A stretch of DNA of 64,000 nucleotides from an uncultured Hormoscilla sp. (lineage in GTDB: Bacteria > Cyanobacteriota > Cyanobacteriia > Cyanobacteriales > Desertifilaceae). The DNA is taken from contig OZ001293.3 of NCBI GenBank assembly GCA_963921275.4, forward strand, positions 1,696,001-1,760,000. Reading direction: 5' to 3'. The position numbers were made by a program, and so were the translations under genes. The notes under the pieces were generated by a model. The model did not search any database and was not told the origin of the DNA. It saw nothing but the letters and a program-made list of their open reading frames with translations. This document shows, in pieces, positions 1 through 10,652 of this stretch. Positions within the stretch are counted from its first letter, which is position 1, and every line of letters begins with the position of its first letter.

Positions 1-906
1 TATATCCTTGTCTTCGACGGCACAATGTTGTACGACTTCTTCGTGCAATACTGGTAGGGGGACGCCGACCCCCAGCATTAAGGAGGGACCGTAATTTTTG
101 AAGTAGCAGGCCCTGACCAACTTTGGGTTCATTTGCTTGGCATCGCCAATCAGAGCCAGGGTGGCAGCTGGACCTATTGGTGTATCATTGGGGAGGCGTT
201 TTTGTAAAGGGAAGTGCTGAGTTCCTTCCCAGGAAACATACCCGATCGCACCTCCTAATAATATCTGGCTGCCAATGCCAATCAGTTGCAGTTTGGGGTC
301 GTTCAGTAGGGGAGAAATGGCTCCCGTGTTGGAGTAGACGGCATTTCCCAGTTGCGGATGTAAGGGACCGAGGTAGGTAAACAGGGTGCGATCACCTCCA
401 TTGACTCCCACAATAAAATTCTGGTACAGATTGCGAGGATTGTATAAATAAAATTGGTTAATGGTCTTGCTGCTAATTGTGGTTTCAAAGGAGGCTCTCG
501 GATAACAATCTGTTACCTGTCCCAGAGCTCGTAGCTGCACTGATTTGGCAGCTATCAAGTTTTCAATCACGTGCGCGCCGCCGTGTTCTCTGGTATCTTC
601 CCCTTCTTCCCGCGTATCCGCTGGTTGAGTTGCTCCTATATATAAATCTACTGGCCCAAAACCGGAATAGGCCGGGATGCCATCTAACCAGCACTGGCGA
701 ATTTTGATCGGTGGATCGGTCTGTCCTAGGTTGATTATCGCTCCTGAAGACTCCATTGGCTCAAATGTGCCTGTGGCGATCGCATCCACTTCCTTGGCTG
801 CCTGGGTGACGCCAACTTCTGCTACTCGCGCCTTTACTTCCTCTACCGTCCACACTACTGCCTGTTTGCGGTTTATTTTGTCGTTAATTTCGGCAATCGT
901 TCTCAT
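1..906 (-). CDS. Homocysteine biosynthesis enzyme-like protein (DUF39 / aspartate-semialdehyde sulfurtransferase family), runs off the left edge
   Basis: Hand translation from ATG at 906: MRTIAEINDKINRKQAVVWTVEEVK...ATGTFEPMESSGAIINLG...EHGGAHVIENL; open to position 1, so not in the ORF track. Confidence 0.8.
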   Translation of the reverse strand, partial: MRTIAEINDKINRKQAVVWTVEEVKARVAEVGVTQAAKEVDAIATGTFEPMESSGAIINLGQTDPPIKIRQCWLDGIPAYSGFGPVDLYIGATQPADTREEGEDTREHGGAHVIENLIAAKSVQLRALGQVTDCYPRASFETTISSKTINQFYLYNPRNLYQNFIVGVNGGDRTLFTYLGPLHPQLGNAVYSNTGAISPLLNDPKLQLIGIGSQILLGGAIGYVSWEGTQHFPLQKRLPNDTPIGPAATLALIGDAKQMNPKLVRACYFKNYGPSLMLGVGVPLPVLHEEVVQHCAVEDKDI

Positions 907-1016
907 TATCCTTGCTCTATTGTCCCTCGCCAGCCAAGCGCGATCGCTACTATTATCGTCGGCAGCAGCACTGCTGTCAAGGCTATAAGTCCTGTGGCGG
1001 GCACTGATAGCTGTGG

Positions 1017-1125
1017 TACCCAGCACAACTGAGGGCTTTGGGATGTGAGTCAGGTCAGGGATACTTTTTCTCTAAGCCTTTGGATAGTGAATCTGCAAGT
1101 GAAATTATCGCGGCACACCCCCATT
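1017..1125 (+). pseudogene. C-terminal remnant of an EAL-domain protein
   Basis: LRALGCESGQGYFFSKPL is the EAL C-terminal motif; nothing coding upstream. Confidence 0.65.
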
Positions 1126-1513
1126 GGCGATCGCGTTTGAGGCATAGGACGGGTGGAGCGCCTGGGAGCCAGTTATATGTCCAAAAAGTGACCATGAAAA
1201 CCTTGCGAGATAAGAGATTTTCTTAATTTGAGTATGATTTTGAGTATGATAGAGACGCTGAAAAATTATACCTACACTCGTCATGGCGGCGGTCAAACGC
1301 TGACCCCTAACCTGAGCACCGGTCTAACTTGATGCCCGATCGCCTTCGCCACCATGTTGCATTCTTCAGGTGTAAGTGGGGAACTGCCCGAGGATGTAAG
1401 TTGCCCGCAGCCAGCGTTCGATGTGCTCTGCTGCTGTGTCTCCTGGGATCGCGCAGCCTGCGCGCAGCGCAGGCGCTAGAGCGTCGGTCAAGTAATAATA
1501 GTTGACAAATAAA

Positions 1514-1703
1514 CTGGACAGTGCGAAGTTCTATGGCTGCGCCACGCTAGGCGATTGGGGAACTGCTCAAGCATGGAAGCGGGTTTGGGCCCGAGAGACC
1601 TATATGCAGCAATTCGCTGGCTCCGAAAGGCTTACAGCCTTTTGGAGCCAGCGGTTCAGCTTTTAGGATAGGTCCTATTTTCAGAGAACTTCGCACTCTC
1701 CAG
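1514..1703. mobile_element. MITE family B (TIR CTGGASAGTGCGAA)
   Basis: CTGGACAGTGCGAAGTTC...GAACTTCGCACTCTCCAG flanked by direct repeat AAATAAA; second copy at 12760-12924; lies just inside an orphan family A end starting at 1476. Confidence 0.8.
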
Positions 1704-1910
1704 AAATAAAGCCTTTTATGTATATGGCAACTAGCACGGGAGTTTTCCTATATTTACGACTGAAATTATTATCCTGTAGACTTCTGACAGTTGAATGCTG
1801 AAGAAAAAAGGGGAGTGATGGATGTAGAGTAAATATATAGGTAAAATCAGGCAAATGGTTTTGGTTCATGACTCCTACCGCGAACCACTCTTAATAAATA
1901 AGAAAATATT

Positions 1911-3695
1911 ATGTCTGACCATGGTCCTTATCAAAGCAGATTATTAAACTTGCTGGTGCCCCAATATCGCCGGTTAGTAGAGAAGGGCGAGCGGGCGATC
2001 CGACAGATGAAGGTGGCAGTGTCCTGGGCCGCGCAGGTAGTGATTTACCCAGTCTACCTTTTATTGCAAACAACCAGACTAGCCTTCGGACAGCTGGGAC
2101 AAGCAGTAAAAGCACAATTACCGCAATTACGAGAGGAGGCCCCCGATGTGGACAGGCCCATTCAGGAAGTGCTGCTAGCAGTGCTTCCAGAAGAAGGGGA
2201 GTTAGTATTAACCCCTGACGTTGTCGGACTGCAGTCGCCGAAGCCAAATGTACCCCAGCATTGGGATTTGATTGTCAACAATACTCCTTTGGTGAGTCCG
2301 AAGCAACAAGAGAAAGCCGACCGCCTGCCGGAGGCCACCCCGAGGCCAGCCGATCCAAGGGGCGGGTACAAAGGACAAGTGATTCGGGGCGTCGCTACAG
2401 AGTTGACAAGCAAAAATCTCATCTTAGTCACAGCGGACAATCAGGAACTGGATATATTCACTCAGCAGCAGCAGAAAGAACTACAGCAATTAATTATTTG
2501 GCAACTGGCTAAATATCGGCGTCACTTGCGGCAGCTGGCTACGAGCAAAAGACCTCCAACCTGGGGGAAGTTAGCTGCTAGCAAAACTACCTTACTACCG
2601 ATTCGCCTTTTAGGGCAAGTAATGGCCTGGGAACAGAAAGGAACAGTGGCGCGGGAGATCGACCTTTTTGGTGAATCAAGTTTAGTACATCAGCCAATCA
2701 GGGAACTCGCGCATGATTCAGACTCAGTAGATGTGAAGCAACTAACAGGAAAGGGCATGGCTGGCGCCACCCTAGCGAGAACGGAACTGCCTTTCTCAGA
2801 AGGGCGATCGGGATGGCAAGGAATAAAAAATCAGGTGAGACGTATCCAGTCTTATCCGCAGTTGTTACGCGATAATAATCAACAAGAGGCTTCCCAGAGA
2901 TCAACTGGGAACCAGGCTGAGTTGGATCGGTCCGAGGTGAAGGCACTGTGGAACTCTCATGCGTCGGAAGTAACAGATGGTAAGGCTAGGGAAAAACAGA
3001 ATATTTTCGCCCCGATCGGAGCGGCGATCAGGTACTTTTTTGGCAACAAGAGAGGTGACAAAAACCTGCCAGGAACAGCTGACGAACAGGTGCAGCAACT
3101 GACAGGAAGTTTCGAGAGTGGATCCGAAAAGAGCAGCAGCGATGCACGCACGCTCCGGGAACCCTCCGCTACAAGGTTACCGGTCCTACGCGATTGCGCT
3201 GCGCGCACGCTACGCGAACGGAGATTAACAGGAGCAGAAAAGGGGCTCACGCCTCTCGTGGGCAAGTCAGTAAAAAATCATATATTGCGCATCCTGCGGC
3301 GGCCAGAGCAAGCAGTTGCCCAACCTCAGACTGGCTCCAGAGAAGCCCAAAGCAGTTCACAAGTTGAAGTTTCCGACTGGGTAAGCTGGAGCGATGTATT
3401 TGGCACCCTAGCAGAAAAGGGGAGGAAACAAGCTGTAGCACAACGGTCAGGGGCTGCAACAGCAGAGTCAGTCGGAAGCATGGTGGCGACAACAGCTTCG
3501 GGCTGGACACCGGACCAGCAGGCTCCGAGGGATAACATATATATAGAGCTGACACCGGACTGGATAGAAACCGCTGCCACTCCCAGCGGCTATGTAAAGC
3601 ATCCCCTAGAGAAGATATTAGCATGGCTAGACCGGGGTATCCTGTGGTTGGAAGAGCGGGCGATCGGGATATGGAAATGGTTTCGGGGACAGTAG
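1911..3695 (+). CDS. Conserved cyanobacterial hypothetical protein
   Basis: 594-aa ORF; C-terminus WIETAATPSGYVKHPLEKILAWLDRGILWLEE; contains repeat-derived segment near 3141-3220. Confidence 0.7.
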   Translation: MSDHGPYQSRLLNLLVPQYRRLVEKGERAIRQMKVAVSWAAQVVIYPVYLLLQTTRLAFGQLGQAVKAQLPQLREEAPDVDRPIQEVLLAVLPEEGELVLTPDVVGLQSPKPNVPQHWDLIVNNTPLVSPKQQEKADRLPEATPRPADPRGGYKGQVIRGVATELTSKNLILVTADNQELDIFTQQQQKELQQLIIWQLAKYRRHLRQLATSKRPPTWGKLAASKTTLLPIRLLGQVMAWEQKGTVAREIDLFGESSLVHQPIRELAHDSDSVDVKQLTGKGMAGATLARTELPFSEGRSGWQGIKNQVRRIQSYPQLLRDNNQQEASQRSTGNQAELDRSEVKALWNSHASEVTDGKAREKQNIFAPIGAAIRYFFGNKRGDKNLPGTADEQVQQLTGSFESGSEKSSSDARTLREPSATRLPVLRDCAARTLRERRLTGAEKGLTPLVGKSVKNHILRILRRPEQAVAQPQTGSREAQSSSQVEVSDWVSWSDVFGTLAEKGRKQAVAQRSGAATAESVGSMVATTASGWTPDQQAPRDNIYIELTPDWIETAATPSGYVKHPLEKILAWLDRGILWLEERAIGIWKWFRGQ

Positions 3696-3749
3696 CAATG
3701 GGGCAAATTTTCGGTATGATAAGAATTATGGTCTTTTGGAAACATCCCT

Positions 3750-3866
3750 ATGCTGACTCTGAAAATCGTTGTTAACATCGTTGTGCTCTTCTTCGTGGGT
3801 TTATTCGTGTTTGGCTTTTTGTCCAACGATCCCTCCCGCAACCCCGGACGGCAGGATATGGAGTAA
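3750..3866 (+). CDS. psbI: Photosystem II reaction centre protein I
   Basis: [38 protein letters not shown], 38 aa with the [11 protein letters not shown] motif. Confidence 0.97.
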   Translation: MLTLKIVVNIVVLFFVGLFVFGFLSNDPSRNPGRQDME

Positions 3867-4033
3867 ACTGGTACCCTCATTTTCACCCACACCAGAGTAA
3901 GTATGAGTAAGGGCGGGCGACAACCAGTCGCCCGAAAAGCTGCCACCAGCTAGCGATCCGGAGTCGCACGCTTACGCTGCTGCGCGCTCAGAGTTGCATT
4001 GGTCTGGGGCTGTGTTTTGGAATTTATAGAACT

Positions 4034-6166
4034 ATGCCCTACCCCCCAGTACCGCCGCCAGAACAGCCTCCTATAGTCTACAACTTACCGCCAGAGTCCG
4101 TAAGGGAACCGGCGGTAAAATATGTGTGGCTGACTGTGGCATCAGCAGCATCGGCAAAACTGCTAGGACCACCAATGACAGTGGGCTTACCAATTAAATC
4201 GGCTGCAGGACAAGCAAGGCAGCTGCCGGAGGTAACAAGGAATGATACTGCTGCGCAGGCCCCGGCTGCGCCAGACCCGTTGGACCGGGAGACAGGGCCA
4301 TCCGCTCCCCAGGAGGCGATCCCCGAACTCCAGCAATCCCTAATTCAATTAACAGCAGACCGGCAAGAACACGACACCAGACGGCAAGTATTTATAGCTT
4401 CCGGGAATGTCCAGATGAGGTTTGGAAATGCTCTGCTTCAGGCGGCCAAGCTGCAAGTGAATTTGGTAAATAGAATAGCAGTGGCACAGGAAAACGTGTC
4501 CCTGCTCACAGGAGAGCAGCTATTGCTAGGAGAACGCTTTGAGTACAACTTTGTACAGGGAACTGGGGTGATATCGGCGGCGAGAGGCTCGATTTTTGTG
4601 CCCACAACCTCGGAAGACCTGTCCGGTAATGGGACGACTTCTTTGGATGCCACTACAGTAGCAACAGGAACAGTAGGCGAACCCCTGGGGGCAGATCGAC
4701 CCCCGGAAAATGTCATAGTGACTGGTGGGGTGAGTATCGGTGGTGATGGCAACATCCCGGAAGCAGGGGGGGGGATCAGGCGCTTGCGGTTTGAGGCGGA
4801 ACGGATTGACTTCACCCCTGGGGGATGGGAAGCTACTAATATCCGCTTCACTAACGACCCGTTTTCACCACCGGAAGTGGAAGTGAGGGCAGATAAAGCC
4901 ACTCTCACGAGACTATCACCTTTGCAAGATGAGGTGAGGACAAGCAAAGCCCGCTTGGTGTTCGATCAACGTCTGTCCGTGTCCCTATTGCGAGATAGAT
5001 TGCTGATCGATCGCAGAGAAAGAGAACCAGCAATAATAAGCTTCGGTTTTGATGATAGCGACCGGGGAGGACTGTTCGCCGAGCGCAGGTTTAAGCCGAT
5101 CGCCACGGATAAAATATCTTTGAGCTTGACACCGCAGTTTTATCTCCAGAGGGCGCTCAAAGAGGGAAAATTCAACGACCTGAGCATCTATGGACTAAAA
5201 GCGGATCTGAACATGAGGCTAACGAGCACTACTTTATTGCGCTCAAAGGCTGCTTTTGTAGGTTTTGACGATGTCGGAGATACAGCCCGTGCAAGTCTGC
5301 GGGTGTCTCAGTCCATCAAGGACTATACCCTGACAGGAGAATATAGCTATCGCGATCGGCTGTTCAACGGCTCCCTAGGATATCAAACCGTGCAAAGGAG
5401 TATCGGTGCGGTCCTGACATCGCCAGCGATCCAGTTAGGAGATACTGGCATTAATTTCAACTATCAAATTGGCTATCAGGAGGTGAAGGCCAAGACGGAC
5501 CACCGCCGCTTGATTGACGACCCCTTCGATCCGGAAGAGAATGTCACCTTAAATCGCTTTCAAACCAGTGCGACCCTGAACCGAGATTTTATTCTCTGGC
5601 AGGGAGAGGCCCTACCGGCAACGGCTGAAGCAGGATTGAGATACACGCCAACACCAGTGGTGCCATACATCCAGTTGATTTCTCGAATTGTGGGCACCAC
5701 CAGTACCTACAGTAATGATGAAAACCAATCCTCCCTCAAGGGCTCTATTGGACTGCAAGGACAATTGGGTCATTTCTCCCGTCCCTGGTTTGACTATACT
5801 GGCTTTAGTCTGGTGTACTCTCAATTTATCCGCAATGGTGAATCGCCCTTTAAGTTCGATCGAATTGCAGACGTCAGAGTTCTCACGGCCCAACTCACCC
5901 AGCAGATTTATGGGCCATTTCGGTTGGGGGTGCGAACGACGATCAATTTGGATAATAGTGAAGGTCTGAGTACCGACTACACCTTGGAATACAGCCGCCG
6001 CACCTACGGAATGAGCTTGCGCTACAATCCAGTGCTAGGGCTTGGTGCCTTCAACTTCCGCATCAGTGACTTTAACTGGACTGGCAGCACTGAATCTTTT
6101 TCTGAATCGGAAGTGCGTTCAGGAGATGGTGATGTTGAAAATCGAGAATTGAAAATCGAGAATTGA
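4034..6166 (+). CDS. LptD/OstA-like outer-membrane protein (DUF3769)
   Basis: 710 aa; OstA-like N-terminal region, FTNDPFSPPE motif, beta-barrel-like C-terminus ending RISDFNW. Confidence 0.8.
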   Translation: MPYPPVPPPEQPPIVYNLPPESVREPAVKYVWLTVASAASAKLLGPPMTVGLPIKSAAGQARQLPEVTRNDTAAQAPAAPDPLDRETGPSAPQEAIPELQQSLIQLTADRQEHDTRRQVFIASGNVQMRFGNALLQAAKLQVNLVNRIAVAQENVSLLTGEQLLLGERFEYNFVQGTGVISAARGSIFVPTTSEDLSGNGTTSLDATTVATGTVGEPLGADRPPENVIVTGGVSIGGDGNIPEAGGGIRRLRFEAERIDFTPGGWEATNIRFTNDPFSPPEVEVRADKATLTRLSPLQDEVRTSKARLVFDQRLSVSLLRDRLLIDRREREPAIISFGFDDSDRGGLFAERRFKPIATDKISLSLTPQFYLQRALKEGKFNDLSIYGLKADLNMRLTSTTLLRSKAAFVGFDDVGDTARASLRVSQSIKDYTLTGEYSYRDRLFNGSLGYQTVQRSIGAVLTSPAIQLGDTGINFNYQIGYQEVKAKTDHRRLIDDPFDPEENVTLNRFQTSATLNRDFILWQGEALPATAEAGLRYTPTPVVPYIQLISRIVGTTSTYSNDENQSSLKGSIGLQGQLGHFSRPWFDYTGFSLVYSQFIRNGESPFKFDRIADVRVLTAQLTQQIYGPFRLGVRTTINLDNSEGLSTDYTLEYSRRTYGMSLRYNPVLGLGAFNFRISDFNWTGSTESFSESEVRSGDGDVENRELKIEN

Positions 6167-6331
6167 AAATCGAGAATTTGGCAAAATCTAAATATATGAA
6201 AATTTATGACTATAAAACCAACAGTCAACAATCAACAATTAACAACCACTATCATCCCGACCTTGTGCAACGCCCTGATAATTCACAACTAACAACTGAC
6301 AACTGACAAGGTATCGGCAATGGTATAAGGC

Positions 6332-7057
6332 ATGACAAAAGTAGCTACGAAACTATCCCAATTGGCACCAATAGACATCTTGTGGGGCGAGGCGAGGAGT
6401 ATAACCTCAGAAGATGCGAAAATAGCATGTCAAAACAAGTGGGATATACCAGTGGCAACCTCAAAGGCCTTAACCGAAGCCGCTGCCCTGCTGATTCATT
6501 ATAGCTTTGAGCTATGTGGCGAAAGTGTCAGTAGATTAATCAAGCGCCTCGGAAGTACAGGTCAGTCGGGGTGGGTACGCTTAGCTGTGATTGAGGCACT
6601 GTATCAAGGACGCTACAAAGCTATTTCGGTTGAGCAAATCTTAGCCTTGTGGCATCGGCGGGGTCAGCCAGTCTGTCATTTCAACCTGGAATTTGAACGC
6701 ATTGTTTGCAGCAGGATGCCTTTAGATCTGATAGAGCCAGAAAACTCCAGCGAGCAGTTGGCCGACCTACCGGCAGAAACTAATCCAGCCGAGGTATATG
6801 CCCATCAAGATTCATCAACTGAACCACCCTCCAAGTCACCAGACAGTACTGGAGATCGGGCAGCGACGCTGAATTTAAAAGAATTGGCTGCCCGACAGAG
6901 AGAAACCAACAATCTCGAACCCACAAGCAACACCCAGCCGGGAGGCTCTAAGTCTAACTCTAACTCTAAGTCTGAGCCGATTAGCCAATTTACTCCAGCA
7001 GATTCTGATTTTTCTGCCAAGCTCAAAGCCGTGGTATCACCTACTCAAGACCTTTGA
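6332..7057 (+). CDS. Conserved cyanobacterial hypothetical protein
   Basis: WVRLAVIEALYQGRYKAISVEQILALWHRRGQP motif. Confidence 0.7.
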   Translation: MTKVATKLSQLAPIDILWGEARSITSEDAKIACQNKWDIPVATSKALTEAAALLIHYSFELCGESVSRLIKRLGSTGQSGWVRLAVIEALYQGRYKAISVEQILALWHRRGQPVCHFNLEFERIVCSRMPLDLIEPENSSEQLADLPAETNPAEVYAHQDSSTEPPSKSPDSTGDRAATLNLKELAARQRETNNLEPTSNTQPGGSKSNSNSKSEPISQFTPADSDFSAKLKAVVSPTQDL

Positions 7058-7461
7058 TTCAACTTTTAAATTCAGCATATTCACGCTCGATTAATCCCAA
7101 GGGCGAAGCTGTGTCCCCCCTTTTGTGCGAGTAGCGCTCTGTATCTCCCCTTTTGTGCGAATAGCGCTCCCGAGAGACACCTCGCCCCGGGGGACACAGC
7201 CGGGAGCATCCAAGTTTTGCAGTAGGTAAAAAGACTTAAGCAGTATTTCCGTCGAGATTGAGATAGGCGCAACGCTGCTTCAACACCTGGTTGACATTCT
7301 CAGACTTCCATTGAGCCCCAGAAATCTTAAGCCGACGACCAATACGCTTAATCGTTGAGGAGACGGCTCCCGACCAATATCAATTTTGAGCTGCTGATCA
7401 GCTGCGTAGTTGGGTAGACGAGAGCGATGCCGGTCAAGATAAGCCAGGAAGTTGTCAACCT

Positions 7462-8455
7462 GTGGAGCTGGCTCCAGGTCAGGTGCTGTCTCCGATGGCA
7501 GGGCAAAATGAATTTCTCAGTGCTCTTGTGGGTGCAAAGGTGTTGGAAGGGTTTGTCAAACCTGAGATATTAGTTCAGATCGTGACTTGTGTCGAAGCAA
7601 CGATTCCCTTCCGAGGAAGGTCGCCCGAAGGTTTAACCCCTAGCGAGGGCCTATACGGGCGGTTGCAGTCAACCAATAGTAAGTTTAACCTGAAGTTGAC
7701 AGATACCCAAATGCGGTCAGCGGTGAGGCAGGCAGTGCGATTATCGAACCGGATGTCGGGGGTTTTGGTCATCCGAGTGCTGTCCTTTTATGGATAATAC
7801 CTGGAGTTTGTTACCGGAAACCAACCACAATCTCAAGAACTCAACCACCTACACAGTGCATGAGTACCGCATGGCCCTGCAAAAGATGGAAGGGTTTATG
7901 CATTTTCTGAAATTGGAACTGGTTTTTAATCAGTTCGACGGAGAGCCAAACGATCGCGATTACCGTAGTCTGCTGGCGAACTCAAAGCAGAATATTGAAA
8001 TAGGGAGGATTTACCTGGGAAGTAAACTGGCGTCGATCGCCATTCTGGAGGCTCTGTCTATACGGTTTGGGCAGGATATTCCCCTTTCGACTATGCTAGC
8101 AGGAGGATGGCCCGAGGAAGGATCGGGAGATACGTTGTCAGATATGCTGCCAACAATTGAGAAGCACTATGAACCTAAAACTGAGATTGAATGTGAGGTG
8201 TTGAAGTTGTTGGAAGTGGGACGAACCAAAAGCCCAGCTTACGATATTAAAAACTTACCCTTAGCAACGTTTATGGTCAAATATATGGGGTTTGACGAGA
8301 TTCTCTACCAGTTGAAGCGGGCGAAGGAGTTCTTTAAGGGCAATATTTCTGCTGAGGATTTTATCTCTAGTTGCGACCCTCACGTGCTCGAAGTGGTGAT
8401 TAACGGAGTCGTGAAGGTGTTTAATAGTCGCAAGGCGGCTTTGTGTCGCAGTTGA
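7462..8455 (+). pseudogene. N-terminally truncated, frameshifted hypothetical protein
   Basis: Overlapping ORFs 7462-7797 and 7790-8455 read as one protein (CVEATIPFR...DNTWSLLPETN). Confidence 0.55.
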
Positions 8456-8619
8456 CAAATGGGGATAATATGTTCTTGACCGCAAGGTTTAGTTGTAGGT
8501 TGGGTTGTCTCGCGTTACTCAACCTACAACTGCTGTTGGTGTTGAGCTGGTTGAGTTATCGTTTGTTACCCAACCTAGGTCGAACATGCATTGAGATGCT
8601 CCCATTCTAGCTTTCTATG

Positions 8620-8830
8620 TGAGCAAAATTACCTCAATAGCTCATAATTGACCTTGACTAACGAGCAAAAAAACCTCAAGGCCGAGGTATTGACCTTGAC
8701 TAACGAGCAAAAAAACCTCAAGATTGAGTCTTTTGCCTTGAGTAGCGAGCAAAAAAACCTCAAGACCGAGGTATTAACCTTGATTTATAAGGAAAATTAC
8801 CTCAATTGAGATTTCCTCACCTTGACTTTT
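8620..8830. repeat. Degenerate 21/42-bp tandem repeat
   Basis: Recurrent GAGCAAAAAAACCTCAAG...TTGACCTTGACTAAC with 42-bp period. Confidence 0.75.
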
Positions 8831-8857
8831 GAGGTGAATTACGTCATACTATGTAGG

Positions 8858-9415
8858 TTACCGTTGAGCAGAAGTCACCTCAGCAGGTTTAGGTGCAGTC
8901 ACGCCCATGCGAATTTCCGAGCAAAAGGAGGTGACATAGAAACCGCTAGCGGGTTTGCAGGTGCTAGTGCGGAACCGCAAGTTGTCAGAGGCAAACCACA
9001 GGCGCTCTTCTATGTGCGCAGTTTCAGAGGAGATAATTAATGTTAAGACCCGGTCACTGCCCATGAGATAACATCCTGTCCCTAGGTCTTGGTCAGGGGA
9101 GTTTCCCGAACGCAGTAATTTGCCGCTAGTGCGCGATCCTCCATCAGCCACCGCGACCAAAACGGTGGCACCGCTATGCCTTTTGATCTGTTGTCCAATA
9201 ATACCATCCCAGGTGACGCGAGTACCGCACAAAGCTAGTCCGGGGTCAATTTGGTATTTTTGGCAGAGTTTGCTCAAGTCAGGGTCAGTCTGGGGGAGGA
9301 AATCAATGACCAAACTTGATTTGCCGATCTCTAAGTCAGTGCTAGCCAGATGGTGAACGGTGCGTTGGGAAAACCATTTGCCTGCACTGAGTTGGAAAAA
9401 TTCTGTTATATCCAT
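8858..9415 (-). CDS. Phycobiliprotein lyase, CpcS/CpeS family
   Basis: MDITEFFQLSAGKWFSQRTVHHL...EERLWFASDNLRFRTS...SFCSEIRMG. Confidence 0.9.
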   Translation of the reverse strand: MDITEFFQLSAGKWFSQRTVHHLASTDLEIGKSSLVIDFLPQTDPDLSKLCQKYQIDPGLALCGTRVTWDGIIGQQIKRHSGATVLVAVADGGSRTSGKLLRSGNSPDQDLGTGCYLMGSDRVLTLIISSETAHIEERLWFASDNLRFRTSTCKPASGFYVTSFCSEIRMGVTAPKPAEVTSAQR

Positions 9416-9514
9416 CAATTACTTGTATCGCGCCAATATTTCTTAGAATATCTTACTTGGGAAGTCCCAGAGGAACTATAATCATTACCTACTAAGATCA
9501 AGAGATTTAAGAGC

Positions 9515-10576
9515 ATGACTGAATCAGATCAGCTTCCTTATCTACTGCGAGCAACTCGTGGCGAACGGCTATCCCGTCCGCCGGTGTGGATGATGCGGCA
9601 GGCGGGTCGCTATATGAAGGTGTACCGAGACTTGCGGGATAAGTATCCCAGCTTCCGCGATCGCTCGGAAAATGCGGAACTGGCGATCGAGATTTCCCTG
9701 CAACCCTATCACGCTTTCCAGCCAGATGGGGTGATTATGTTCTCGGATATTCTCACGCCGCTGCCGGGGATGGGCATTCCTTTTGACATTATAGAAAGTA
9801 AAGGTCCGGTAATCGACCCGCCCATTCGCAGTATAGAACAGATCCAGCAATTGCATCCCCTGGAACCGGCAGAATCTCTGCCCTTCATCCGGGATATTTT
9901 ACAGGCATTGCGTCAGGAAGTGGGCAATAAGGCAGCGGTGCTGGGTTTTGTGGGTGCGCCTTGGACTTTGGCCGCTTACGCGATCGAGGGCAAAACCTCG
10001 AAAAACTATAGCAATATTAAAGGGATGGCTTTTAGCGAACCCGCGATGTTGCATCTATTTCTGGGGAAACTTGCGGACGAGATCGCGACCTATGTCTGCT
10101 ATCAGATAGAAAGCGGTGCCCAGGTGGTGCAAATGTTTGACTCTTGGGCAGGTCATCTGAGTCCCCAAGATTATGAAATATTTGCCTTACCATATCACCA
10201 AAAGGTTATCAAGCAAGTGAAAAAGGTCTATCCCGATACGCCATTAATATTGTACATTAGTGGTAGCGCGGGAGTGTTGGAACGGATGACCAAATCTGGT
10301 GTAGATATGGTCAGTGTAGACTGGACGGTGGATATGGCTGAGGCGCGGAAGAGGCTGGGTAAGGACATGAAAGTACAGGGAAATGTAGACCCGGGTGCTT
10401 TGTTTGGTTCTCAAGAGTTTATTCGCGATCGCATTCTGGATACGATTAAGAAAGCTGGCGACAAAGGTCATATTCTCAACTTGGGTCACGGGATCTTGCC
10501 AGGGACTCCCGAGGAGAATGCGAAGTTCTTCTTTGAAACTGCTAAACAAGTAAATCTGCTACTAGCTGTTGCTTAG
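9515..10576 (+). CDS. hemE: Uroporphyrinogen decarboxylase
   Basis: [33 protein letters not shown] motifs. Confidence 0.97.
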   Translation: MTESDQLPYLLRATRGERLSRPPVWMMRQAGRYMKVYRDLRDKYPSFRDRSENAELAIEISLQPYHAFQPDGVIMFSDILTPLPGMGIPFDIIESKGPVIDPPIRSIEQIQQLHPLEPAESLPFIRDILQALRQEVGNKAAVLGFVGAPWTLAAYAIEGKTSKNYSNIKGMAFSEPAMLHLFLGKLADEIATYVCYQIESGAQVVQMFDSWAGHLSPQDYEIFALPYHQKVIKQVKKVYPDTPLILYISGSAGVLERMTKSGVDMVSVDWTVDMAEARKRLGKDMKVQGNVDPGALFGSQEFIRDRILDTIKKAGDKGHILNLGHGILPGTPEENAKFFFETAKQVNLLLAVA

Positions 10577-10652
10577 ATAAAAAAGGCAGTTCGTAGTAAA
10601 TATTTTAGTCTCGATTTGGCAGGAGGACTAAAGTCCTCACTACAAACACCTA

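Noticed and set aside
8620..8830. Possible CRISPR array or iterons
   Set aside because: Degenerate contiguous repeats; no spacers and no rep gene
10590..10645. GTAGTAAGGACTTTAGTCCT-type and GTAGGTTGGGTT-type hairpins as terminators or ncRNAs (also ~8494, 17619, 27138, 43386, 58014)
   Set aside because: Common dispersed cyanobacterial REP-like repeats; no specific function can be supported from sequence
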